NCBI GenBank assembly: GCA_973895155.1
Contig: OZ316897.1
Location: 18,200,457 to 18,264,456, forward strand
Length of the DNA stretch: 64,000 bases
Origin: Marsupella aquatica
Lineage: Eukaryota; Plantae; Marchantiophyta
Reading direction: 5' to 3'
Of the stretch, positions 39,031 to 51,000 are shown in pieces. The notes beneath the pieces were generated by a model. The model was not told the DNA's origin. It made no database searches and worked only from the letters and a program-made list of their open reading frames with translations. The position numbers were made by a program, and so were the translations under genes. Numbering within the stretch: the stretch's first letter is position 1; every line of letters begins with the position of its first letter.

Positions 39031-41659
39031 ATCTTTCTATACACAAGATGTAGCCAATTAGGAAAGGCCTTCTCAGACTGTGCTGGCATGGACAAAATTG
39101 CAGATCCATTGCCTTGCACCATAGGCTTCATACACGCCTGCTGTTGTGTCTGGCCAGTATCTGGCACCACTTTTGCATAACAAGTCCACCAATTGAAATG
39201 ACCAGCATGACTTGGGTTCTGGTTTGGGGACCACTTTAGTATATCATATTATTTGGGGACTATACTAAGAGACTAAGTTTGAAATCCCATGAGCGAAAGA
39301 CATACAGTAAAATGACTTTTTAAGGTGACATCTCACCCCGCTTCTCACCATAAAAAAACAGTTGGTAGTGTACAAAAGGTAACCCATCCGGGAACCCACC
39401 CCACCCCCTCTAGGTTACCATGGTGTCCAGGGGATCATGGGTTACCCTATACTTCACTGCAGTTACCGGGGAGAAGGTCTAGGCAAAGCATTGCCAGCCA
39501 CCGTTTTCTTTAGTGGCAAAGATCCTCCAAATATCACTTTTGACCCCCTTTTGGCTGATATTTGGCATTGTTTTGTTTTGTCTCATTAGCCAGTTTCCTA
39601 CCAAATCACAGGTCCATTTAGCCACAACCGCAGTTATCTCGATTGTTTGGCCCTTTTTGCGACCCTGACATTGGATCTCAATTTCCTGCCTTCCCCTGAT
39701 CTTCCATCCACATGTTTTCCATGGGGCGAAGCGGATCCCGCAAGGGTCGGCCCCCGAGCCGTAGGTGTGTTTCAGTAATTTACTGAGGACCTTCCTATTC
39801 GTCGAATTTTCTGTAATAGACGTCATGATTTAAAGGGAATTCCATCTGTGAAGGTTCCATCCTGCTGTTCCATGGGAATTTGGACTTCCTTCGTACGAGT
39901 CAATAACATTCAGGTTTGAAGAACGGCAGTTCTTCGACAAATTAATTGCACTGCATGGCTAAGGCAAGAACAAAAGATTGCCTCACTTCAGTCTTTTGAG
40001 GAGGAGTCGATGTAAAACTACTCAAATAAATGTGATACCGAGGTTACAGAGGTCGTTTCAAATCTTCTGAGTTCGCTGAACTCGTTTTGTGCTTGTCGAA
40101 TGCTTCAGCTCGGTGTGCATCGCTTTGCTGTCGTTTGCTCTACGGCATGCCCCTCCACCCTGTTTCACCAAACGGTAGAGAGAAGAATCAAACCAAACCA
40201 ATACTTCTTATGCTCGTGCTTAAGCTGGTGACCCTCCTTATTCTATGGAATTGAATCGAGTTTAGTTTTGGTTAATTGAACAGATCGCACTGTATCCGAG
40301 GTGCTTAAGCCTCTTTGTTCTATTCTTATGCCCTAAGTTCTCTCCGATTTGCATGGCAATTACGTCTGATGTCGCTTAGGCGTCACAACAAGTATCAATC
40401 GATAGCAGATGCCAGAATGGTTTCCAATCTACTGTCGATTCAATGATCGGGTATGCACACGTAGCACTATGCGCATACCTGGGGATTATTCGAATTTTCT
40501 GTCCTAACTAGTAGAGTTCCTGAGTCATTTCTGGTTGTGGGTCAGACCATCCTAGTTCTTGCTGATGCTTTTGTCGTACAAAGGTAACTCCAGTCCACGA
40601 GTTCAAATCAAGATTGGTGCACTCTAGACTCAAAATACATATTCTGTTTCGAGTAGACTGGGGTTTACTTCTTCAAATTCCATACGTGGTAAGCCTGCGT
40701 CCTGCTTGATAACTCTTCGGTTGATTACTTTTGTTCTTCTTGCCTTTATTTTCTTCCTCCTAATCACTTTGTTTCCGTATATAACGAGCTGAAAACTGAC
40801 CCCCTGCCGGCGTGCTAGTAATCTTCTATTCTTTGATCCTGTGTCTCGCCTTCCCATCCTGGTCTAAGATATTTCCCAGCTTGACCTCTTCATTAATTGA
40901 AACGAACCCGTGAGTAACTAACTACAGGTGTTGCAGTCGTTGGTCTTCTTTCCTCGTCTCGTGTAGCGTAGTCTGCTTCCTGTACACTCTTAGTGGCTCC
41001 AATATATGTTCAAGAACTCCGAATGGGATTACTTCAAGAAATGAATTATTTTTATTCGCTTCCCAACTCCGCTAATTGGTCTCTTTTGTCACCACCTAGC
41101 CACCCTGTTGCTATTGTGTTCTAGGAAACACAAAATCCGTTTTTGCTCTTCTCATCCTTGAGGAGTGACTGCAGGCTCGTACCGTGCCATGACCGTTTTG
41201 AGGATATGTTATTGATTGATCAGATACTTGTCCGCAACCAGAATATTCTCCTTGATATATTGATGGATAGATCTAATTGGCACTTGATGTTGTGATATGT
41301 TTGTGTCTCTTGTTGTTGGACTCATGGGATGCATACATCCTAGGGTCACATTTGGCATTAGGCAATGTCATCGGAGGGCTGGGAGACAGCAAGAGGAGCT
41401 AATTGGTAATTGCAATGTTGATTACGGCACACAGATTTTTGTGAGGGAATGCTGGTTCGTGCAGATTGCATGGAATTTATGGCCGGGAGGTGACAGCCCA
41501 GTGCAGAATCAGGACTATCCTTAGTATGTTATCTTCTGATTAATTTGAGGCGTTTCAGGAGTGAGAGACTGCAGACATTGAAATATTCTGGTTACACGAA
41601 CGAGGACCAGGGAGAGTCCCCAACCTTTGCATTGAATTGGATTTGCAACCCCGTCAAAA

Positions 41660-42095
41660 TTGGCGTCGCTAAGTGGCAAAATAAAGCAAGTTGTGATTCA
41701 ATTCGAAATCAGCCTGCAAGATTGGACAAGAGCGACTACAAGACTACTAGGCTGATTGCCGCGAGCCATCTTCAGGGGAATGAGCAGAAGTGGCTGCGAC
41801 CAGATGTACGGTGATGGGTATGGCATCACGTCATGAATGACAGTTTGGGGGTTCACACGGTCTTCAGAACCGGTGTGTAGCCAGGTGGTAGCGATATGGC
41901 GGCCCCCAAGGGAAGTCTGACAGGCGCTGTCCCTTTTGCATTTCAAAGTGAGCAGGAACTAAGGGAACAGATTAGCTCAGAGTTGAAAAACTTTGGTTCT
42001 TTAGATACATGCTGCCACGGCCCATTTGAACAGGTGTAGAGGTATCGAAAAGGCCCGACAGCTTTCACAATAGGACAGTGAGTTTGAGACTTACT
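41660..42095 (+). pseudogene. Second solanesyl diphosphate synthase pseudogene fragment
   Basis: LDKSDYKTTRLIAASHLQG and downstream sequence collinear with 22590-23060. Confidence 0.75.
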
Positions 42096-45000
42096 TGAGG
42101 TGTTAAACAAAATCTCTTTCGGGCACTATCATTGGATTGTTTGTTATTTCTTGTGCACGCACTGTCATGGAGATTATCGTAACAATCCTTCTTCTCCAGA
42201 CCCCTGTTCTGACTCCACAACAGAGTTGTCACTCGTAGAGGAAAAGTTCAACCTGGGAACAGGGAGCGAGCTTGCACAAGGTTTCAATATACGCAACCAT
42301 CATCTACTGAGCCTGCTGAGGTTGTTTGGTTTGGAAAGATATCCTCCTGCAAGAGTCGATTTATTTCCATTAGAGAAGATCGATAAATCTTCTTGCACAA
42401 ATAATTTGTAACTTAAAATGTTTACTAGAGATTAAACTTTCTTCATATATGTTCGAAGAAATCATTTCTTTATTCTCGAACAGGTCACCATCAGAATCAG
42501 ATCCTTAAACCAGAGTGGAATCGGTTCTAGGACAAGGAGTTCGGTGTATTTTCCTTTCATAGCGCTTGGCAACTGTGTATGGCATATAGAGACGGCCTTT
42601 CCTAATTGGCTAGAACTTATGTATACATATAAGGTGTCTATCGAGGTTGGCTACATATATAGCATTGACAACGTAGCTCCTGAACTAAATCGCCAGGCCT
42701 CTTTTGACGTTAAGAATTTTCGTGTAAAGATATAACAGTCTCCTTCTCCTCAAACAAAGATTAGACAATCCTCTTGCTGAACAGACTTTCTGCTTTGGTC
42801 CCTTGAATCGAACCTAACAACATTATATTTTTGTCATTCGCTAAACTTTGACATTCATCAAGTTGACTAATTCTCAAATTGATCAGATTCGTGTGGTGCG
42901 AGGTAAAGTCATGGTACTCCTCGAGCTCACTTTTTTCCTTGTCTTCCTGCTTCTATTGCTCTCAAGTGCTCCTTCGGGGCCCAATTGACTTCCAAATACG
43001 TGCGTTCTTGTAACCATACTATCCTGTTGCATTCACGCCTTGGTCCTTTCTGTCCATGAGACTCGAACTGGAACTGTAGAAGGACTATCTAAAAAGTACC
43101 TACCTGGACACTCCCAAGAGAACTATTGCGGACTGGCGCTGGAAGTAAGGTCATGTCAGTTTAGTAGGAACAAGATTGTTGTTTCCACTGACAAGGGCAA
43201 TGAGTTGGTCGACCTTTTTGAGATCTCCATTGGTACCACCAAAACCGAGTTTGCTAGTGTCTGTTGGATCATTTGGTTACGGAAATAAAGAAAACCTTGT
43301 GGATAGCTTCCCTTCGTCGTTATCCATGACAAGCATTGTGTATATCCAAGGTGCTGAACTGTTTGTGTTGTAAGGAGATAATCGGTGGAGCTTCTTGGTG
43401 AGATAGCAATTACTGACCTCTGGCCCCGATATAACCACTAAACCCGCGATGGATTTTTTGCATCCGTTCTGGAGGAAGCAAACTCTGGCTGGAATGAATG
43501 ATTTACCACGACACAAGATTGTGTGGAACAATTCAGCATTGGTATTAGCAGCTCATTGTAACAAGGGACTTAAATCCCAACATCGATTGACGTTTCATCC
43601 AGTCGACTACTGTGACAATTGTGTCCAGGCCTGTGTACAAGTGCTGCCAAATTGTACAAATTGATTCGCAAAGATTGGACAACAAATGTTGAACTTGTTA
43701 AAGCAGGGATTACTTAGATTGATTAACACGGTGCCTTGAGCAAGAGACTTTTCAAGTTGCATAAAACAGAATTATGAAGATAGATTTAGATGGGATCCTG
43801 GACATTTCTCTTTTCCACCCCAAGAAGTTGGGTGGTCCAACTTATCCAAGCGTCTCCCGTCTCTGTATATCGTTGGGGCTGTGTCAGATGCATGATCTAT
43901 TAGCCAAAACGGTACAAAGGAATCGGAGACTATCGTAAGTTGAACGATGGTTATCATAATATAGTATAGAAATTAAATGATGAGGGAGCCTAGATAGTCA
44001 ACGTTTGGGATCGATGTGGTTGATCATTTTTTTAAGCAAGAGTGCGAACTGAAGTGCGGAGCTTCAGGTTACAGATCTGAATAACAATGCATTGCCGCTT
44101 TATGGGTGTCACTTGTGCACATGGTGTTACCTCAGAAGAACTGGATGAATGATTATTAGAGAGTAATTAAAATGATAAGTGGGTTCAACACTTGCCGTCG
44201 TTGAAATTCATTTTACATCGTTCTCACGTTCAGAGCGTTGTTTTCATTACATGAGAGATTGACTCTGGCGTCGAGTCATTGCACTGGACGTATATTAATT
44301 GGGAACCATCGTTCGTGCTAAGGATCGCCTAGTGGACGATACTGATTTATCATAGAAAGGCAACTGAATCGGAGCCTTGAGTCTCTCTGTGAGACTTTCA
44401 ACTCGTTTAATTCGCTTTGCCTGTTAGTTTGAGGTGTGAAATTGGAGGAAAGAGTCTGTCACGCATGATGCCACACGAACACGTCGTCTTTCAGCAGCAA
44501 TCAAGACTTGCCTTACTTGGTCAATTTCCCCTTCGATCGATTGGGCCACCTTGATCAGTTTCCTTTTCGATCATTTGCGACCAATCTTCTCGATCAATTT
44601 CCCGTTCAACTTTTCTCAGCAATTGAACATAAGTGATCAATTACAACGGCCCTTTTGGACACCAGGACGTGAATTACCGTGTAATGATGTAACATTGTCC
44701 TGCTCGAACAAAGATGAGATGACGTCTTTTGTGCAAATCACGTTTGATCGTTTAAATAAAACTTAGCTCCTTTCTATACTGTCATTTGCTGTATTTTAAA
44801 GCTCGGGAAGTTGAAATTCTAAGCTGCTGCTGATGTCATGGCCAGTGCGTGTTGAATTTGTCCCCGTGTCACAAGACAAGTATCCTTCATCGGACAGTGC
44901 GATTCATTGCTGGGATGGGGGACTGCTCGATCGCTCCACTGCAGTCTCAGTTTGAATGCTGGGGTTGCTGATCTAAGAGATATCCTTGTCGACGAGCTAA

Positions 45001-48000
45001 GGGGAACCCTGGTCTCCTCCATTCTTTGAATCATGTTGGACTTTCGAATGTAGTGGCGGCAATCAAGAAAACAGTTGCGAACTGTTAAAGAGTGCAACGA
45101 TGCTCAAGGATAATTACACATCTGGGTTTCTGCGATTGTGATGCCGCGTCACAACTCAGCCGTTGATGGTCACCTTTGTATTTGAAATATAAAAATTGCT
45201 TGAATGACTTGGTCTTCTGCACGGACGTATCGCAGGTAAAGCCAATGATATAGACCAACGCTTCAGAAACCGGAATTTCCCCGAATTGTTAGCTTGTCAA
45301 GAATGAAAACTAAAAATCGAAGTATCTGTACAACTGGTAATTCGAGTTGTACCTAGCTACAGTGCGCAACGTTTTCGTCGTGGAATTGTGCACAGTTTGT
45401 TTTAGTTTCCTCACTCTAGATAAGCATTCAAGACATTGTGGGCTATGAGACGCCACCCAGAACTAGAGCTTCTATTCCAAGTTTGAGCTACTACTATTTT
45501 TGTTGTTTTTCTCCGCTTTTCACAATTCAAGATTAACCCAATGAAATTTCATGCAAATTGAAGCTTTACTTGGTAAAGAGACAAGTAAAGAAAATCTCAA
45601 AATGCCCTGCAAAGCCTTATAAGATGGGCATTCCCTTCCACAAAGTATAGAGAAAAACCTTGAAGAGACTTAAATGAACCTACGTTCACGAATCTGTAAT
45701 CCATTGTTTAGTGGGTGGTTCAATTTCCAGAGAAATAAAAGGTCTACACTTTCAGACAAAAAAGAATGACGACGTCCGGTTTGTCACAGCCAGGGCATAC
45801 CGAGTAAATAAAGAACATAGCTAATGAGAACTTGTTATTGATTTTTGACACGTCGTTACCACCTGAGCACGGCAATGAAAGATAGAACCAGGAAAGCTGT
45901 AATTTATTTAATCGAGTACACTAAGTCAGTTCAAAAAGACATCTGCTTATCCTGAAACCTCGTTTAATTGTCATTGATTGCTCCCCTCTCCTGCATAGGA
46001 AATAAGAGTTTTAAACTTCGACCGGACAATTAAAAACTTGAAGTACCCTGGCTCTGAAAGTACATCCAGTGCCGATCCCTGTCCACTATATTTAAGCTTG
46101 TCCATGACCTGTCACTGCAATTTCTGGCGCGGTCTGTACAATTATTTCCCAGGTTGATGATGTAGTTCATCCCAGCTGGACACCAATGCTTGAACCGTAC
46201 TGTAGGAAGACAGTCCGTTGGGGAGGTTCACGAGGTTTGTGGACAGTTTGGTCAACAGGAATTTGCCTTGCAGCCCTTACCTGCTCACTTGGAGTCGATC
46301 AAAAATCCACTTTCACTCGGATCGGAAGGCAAAACGAAGCCATTTCTCTCTCAGTCTCTGTGTGGGGAGCGAAACCATTAGAGAGTCCTCGGGACACTCT
46401 CCAAAATAATGGAAACCGAACGCTACTTGTTTCCGTCTGGACTCGTTATTTGGCTAGCTGCAAGCAGAAATTTTAAGTTCAGAAGCTGATTGTCTTCTGA
46501 GATTGTACACACGCATAAAATAGGACGGGAAACGAGATATAGAGACTGTTGATGAAGTTTATTTACACCGAGGGTCCAATGTATTCCCCTTGGTACAGCC
46601 AAGTTTAGTCTCTTGGTAAGATCCCCTTCTGAATGGAGCCGAGCTAGTACATACAACTTACGACACTGTCACAACCACCATTGCGTTCACAGATAATAAT
46701 TCTCTTCATAATCACGAGTGGCCCGAGTCGCAGCCGAAACACTCGTTCCAGTCGACGTTTTGCTCTTACACAAGATCCGATCAATGCTATGTGGTTCATA
46801 CGACACTTGACACGCTGAATTGTGTTTGTTAGGCCTAAAGTCTCGAGCTGGTTGGTGAGTTTGATCGATTGCTCAACCGCTTCTTATGTGTGAAATTTTT
46901 CTCGAGTGTCAAGGGTCCGTTGCTTCTGCTGACTTTTCTTTTTGACATCTTTTATTCTACCGACGTCACATGTACGACTTGCCCCGCTGTGATATTTGAG
47001 ATTTTTCTGGCTAGCTGTTGATTATGATCCGTCTTGTGGGCGACAGGAGGCTGTTGGCGACTTGCAGGCAAAGGCGAAGCGTTTCGATTTGGAAGTGACG
47101 GGCTCCAGCTTACATGATCGGAGCCTACGCTCAAAGAGAGCAACAGACTGATCAGGAGTTAATCTTTCAGGTGAGAGTCATCATTCATGTTACCGATCCT
47201 GGCAATTGACAGAGGTAGTGATTCCACGATCGACCGTCATCTAGGGTAACTAGAGGACTTGGTCCTGGAGTTTAGCTAGACAGATTCCATTCGGCACTTG
47301 TCATCCCCACAAGACAAAGAAGATTGTGGAATACTTCCGAAGCTTTGCCGGCCAGATCGAGCTCCCCGAGTCCTGTTTAATAGAGACCCCCATAGTCACT
47401 GTTTATTCCTATCACTCGAAGATATTGCTGTTGTTTGGTAGTTGTTCCATCCATTTCATCCGTGTCTCGCTTGGGAATCCATGTCCGATCAGCTTCGATT
47501 TGTGATGACGTTCATGTACTTGCGACCAATGCAATTGCTGCTTTGGACACTGAAATTGGTCATGGCCAAATGTTTCACTTGGTGATCATTATTCAAAATA
47601 TTGATCTGCTTGAACTGAGCAGGAGGTGCTTTGTGTTCCAAACATTGATCACAGTTTCGATTCTAGACGATAGAAAGTGCTCGCTAACCAGTACATTGCT
47701 AAGTAACAGTTCTGTTCTTGTTCCTCAATACGTCAAGTACTCAGAATTAATCGTGCTGGGATACCACTGTTGTTTCTGCACGAAATTTCATCATCCATGG
47801 AACTATGTTGCTTCAACATGCGATAGAAACACACTCCAAGCAACAAAAAGGTAGTACTGTAGATCCACTGGAAGGTGTACGTGCGTCGTTGCTCTATGAA
47901 AACGTGTGATGCGTACTGATTTCTGCAAATTGAGTCCGGCGCAGGACGCTGAAATTTGGAAGGGAGTCTCTTCGTGCTGGCTTCTGCTCTATACCAGTTC

Positions 48001-48014
48001 GAAACCGGTTCAAG

Positions 48015-51000
48015 ATGGCCGCAAGCAGTAGCGACTGGGATGAAACCGGGTTCAAGATGGCCGCAAGTAGTAGCGACTGGGATGAAGCCGTGGCCTATTG
48101 GAGCGGAGTCGGAGAGCTGGGCATGGAGGCTGCACTTCGTGGAGCAGGATGTTCAGAACAGAGTATTGTTGATACGCTGAGTGAGGTCAAAAGCAGTGAA
48201 GATATCTTCCCCGGGGTGTTCCTACTGTCAAAGTTGAATAGCCTGACAACTCCTGAGTCGGCGAGAGCTGTGGTTCTTGCTACGATCGGTCGCGACATTT
48301 CACGTAACAAGCATGTCTTCTCCAGTAGAGAAGACGTTCGGGCTATGACCGTGAACGAGGCTGCTGCTCTTTGTGTGAACTTGTGTTCCAACACCAATAT
48401 TACAGATCTTATCTTAGACAACATGAAAGTGTTTGGTACAGTCAAGGGGTGCGGGCTCTTGGCCCATGCCTTGGCAACCAATTCGTCTTTGCGCGCTCTT
48501 TCCTTGAAACGGGTCGACATGGGAAGTGCTGGTGTGAGATGCCTACTGCATGGGCTAAAGTCAAACAAGACTCTCGAAAGACTCGATCTCTCCAGCAACC
48601 CCCTGCTGGATGAAGGAATCTCGTGTGTAGCTGAATTTCTGATCAATAACGCTACAATCGAGGGTTTGGTCATTGTATACACTAATATGTCTCTAGAAGG
48701 CGCAAAACAGATGTCCTCGGCCTTGGCGAGCAACTCTACATTGAGGGTGTTATTTGTTGGAGTTGAAGCTATTGGGAGAGAAGGAATGAAGATGTTACTG
48801 CAGCCACTATCCCCGGACATGGGGCAAGATGAACCGAATGCCAACAGCCCGCAGAACACATCTTTGGAACATTTGTACTTATATGACCCAAATCGGGAGT
48901 GTGTGGAGTCCGTGACACATATGATCAAAACAAACAAGTCCCTGCGCACTTTAGGACTTCAAACAACAGACAAGGGCAAGACCTGCTTGGCGCCATTCCT
49001 GCCTACAGATTGGAAGGAGACAATTATTCCCGCCCTAAAAGCAAATAGTACCCTCACGAACCTCGACTTGTTTGGATGTTACGGGGTGATTGGAGAAGAC
49101 GTCTATGAGTCTCTGCTGGATCTGCTCCAAAACAGCGATACCGGATTAGAAACGATCATTCTTGGCCAAACTGGTTTGGAATCCAAGCAGGGACAAATCA
49201 ACGAAGAGCTTAGGATCAACAAGGAGTATCGATCTCGGCTCAAGGGTCAACCCCAAACGCCAGTTACTTCTGGTCGTATCGTATTGTGCGGATATGGTTT
49301 TGCAGGTTCGCCGTTTACTCTTCCTTAATTAACTTATGAATTCTTCACTGTGAGCTTGGACTTACTCTCAACTCTCAATCCTAAAATTAAACTACTTAAT
49401 TAAGTTATGAATTCTTCACTGTGAGCTTGGACTTACTCTCAATTCTCAATCCTAAAATGAAACTGCTTGTGGAGCTGTGTGAGTACGTACATGTAAGTGA
49501 TAAGTCTAGAAGTATGTAGAAAACGTTTAGATTGTATTGAACCAGTGTGTATGTATTGGTTGTTAGAGATCCAACCACAAGTTCATCAGTAAGAGTGGTT
49601 GCATTGTGCTCCTTATATGTCCACAGTCATCTTTGCTTTGCCAACCCAACATGGTTTTACATTGCTTATAATCACTATTTAACCTATTCATTAAAAATGA
49701 ATTATTAACATTTGGGCAATATAAAGTGTACTTTTGGCTCAAAAAACTGTACATTTTGACAAGAAACAAAAATCATGACCATTACACATACCACCATGTT
49801 CACACTTTGTAAATGAACTAGGACTAGATCATTTCTAGTAAAGATACTATTTATTCTTAAATTTACAAATGACTATTTAGGTGTAGAATATTGCACTACA
49901 ATTGTACAATTTAGTGTTAACAAATGTACATTTAAAGATCACAAAGTGAACATTTAGAGATCCAAAAATGAATATCTAGAGGCCTAAAAGTGAGCAAAAT
50001 AAAACACACAACTTTTAATAATAGAGTGAAATAGAATTGAAACTTATGTGCTGAATGTGGTGTAACGCTAGGTCTGTTGGTTTAAATGGCAGGAAAAACA
50101 GAAATTTCCAAGACCATGCAGCGCATAGAGATTGGCACTTCCTACACTCACCCGGTCAAAATGTTGTGGAAGGGACTGATGCAATCTTACCCTTCTCTTC
50201 AACGAATCTTGCTTGGGAGCGATGCACACAAAGAGTTGACAGCCCGAACCAGAGGATTTCAGGTAGTAGTTCTTGAGAAACAGCCATATTTAAAGTCCAT
50301 TTGGGACTTTGCTGGGCAAAAGGAGTATTATGCCCTTCATGACTACGTGTTCCCTGATGTCAAGAATTCAGTTTTTTTGTACATCTGTAGTTGCCGAGAT
50401 CCTCCAGGTGATGCAGATCCAAAAGGTAAAATTAAACATGAAAGCGCCATAAGAGGTGAGTGTGAGTACTGGATGAGATTTCTGGCATCTAATTCCAAGC
50501 AACATGGAGGGACTCAATTGCCTCGAGTGAGATTTGTCCTAACGAAGACAGATACCCTCCAGTCACCAGGGCAATTTACTCCCAGAGCAAAGCGTGTGGT
50601 GCGTAAGTTGAAAAATGTGTTCAAGGATGTCCTCGATTTAAGTGACGAAGTTGAGGTTGTGAATGCTCATTCTGCTGGAGATGTGCAGCGCCTGCTCACT
50701 GCAAGTAGTAGCAACTTGAAAGAGATCTTGGCACAGCAAACAGAATATGTAGTGTGTGAGCAAGTTCGTGATCTTTTGCAGGGCTGGTCCAAGAAAAACC
50801 CCCTGAAACCTGTTCTAAACCTTGAGGAATATTACGAGTTGTGTAGAAAAGACCTAGTAGAATTTGATAAGCTATCAGAGGAGGGCTGGAAGATTGTCTT
50901 GGCTTATCTGAATGATTTAGGAGAAATCATATTTTCCAAGAAAACTGATTTCATTGTAACCAACCCCAGTTGGTTTGGGATAGATGTTCTGGGTTCATTG

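Noticed and set aside
26732-48949. Long antisense ORFs over the LRR exons (e.g. 48095-48949, 29591-30148)
   Set aside because: Shadow frames of the ROCO coding strand with no recognisable motifs.
12783-49328. Diversity-generating retroelement as the cause of LRR variability
   Set aside because: Changes are not adenine-specific, there is no invariant template repeat, and no DGR-type reverse transcriptase is present in the window.
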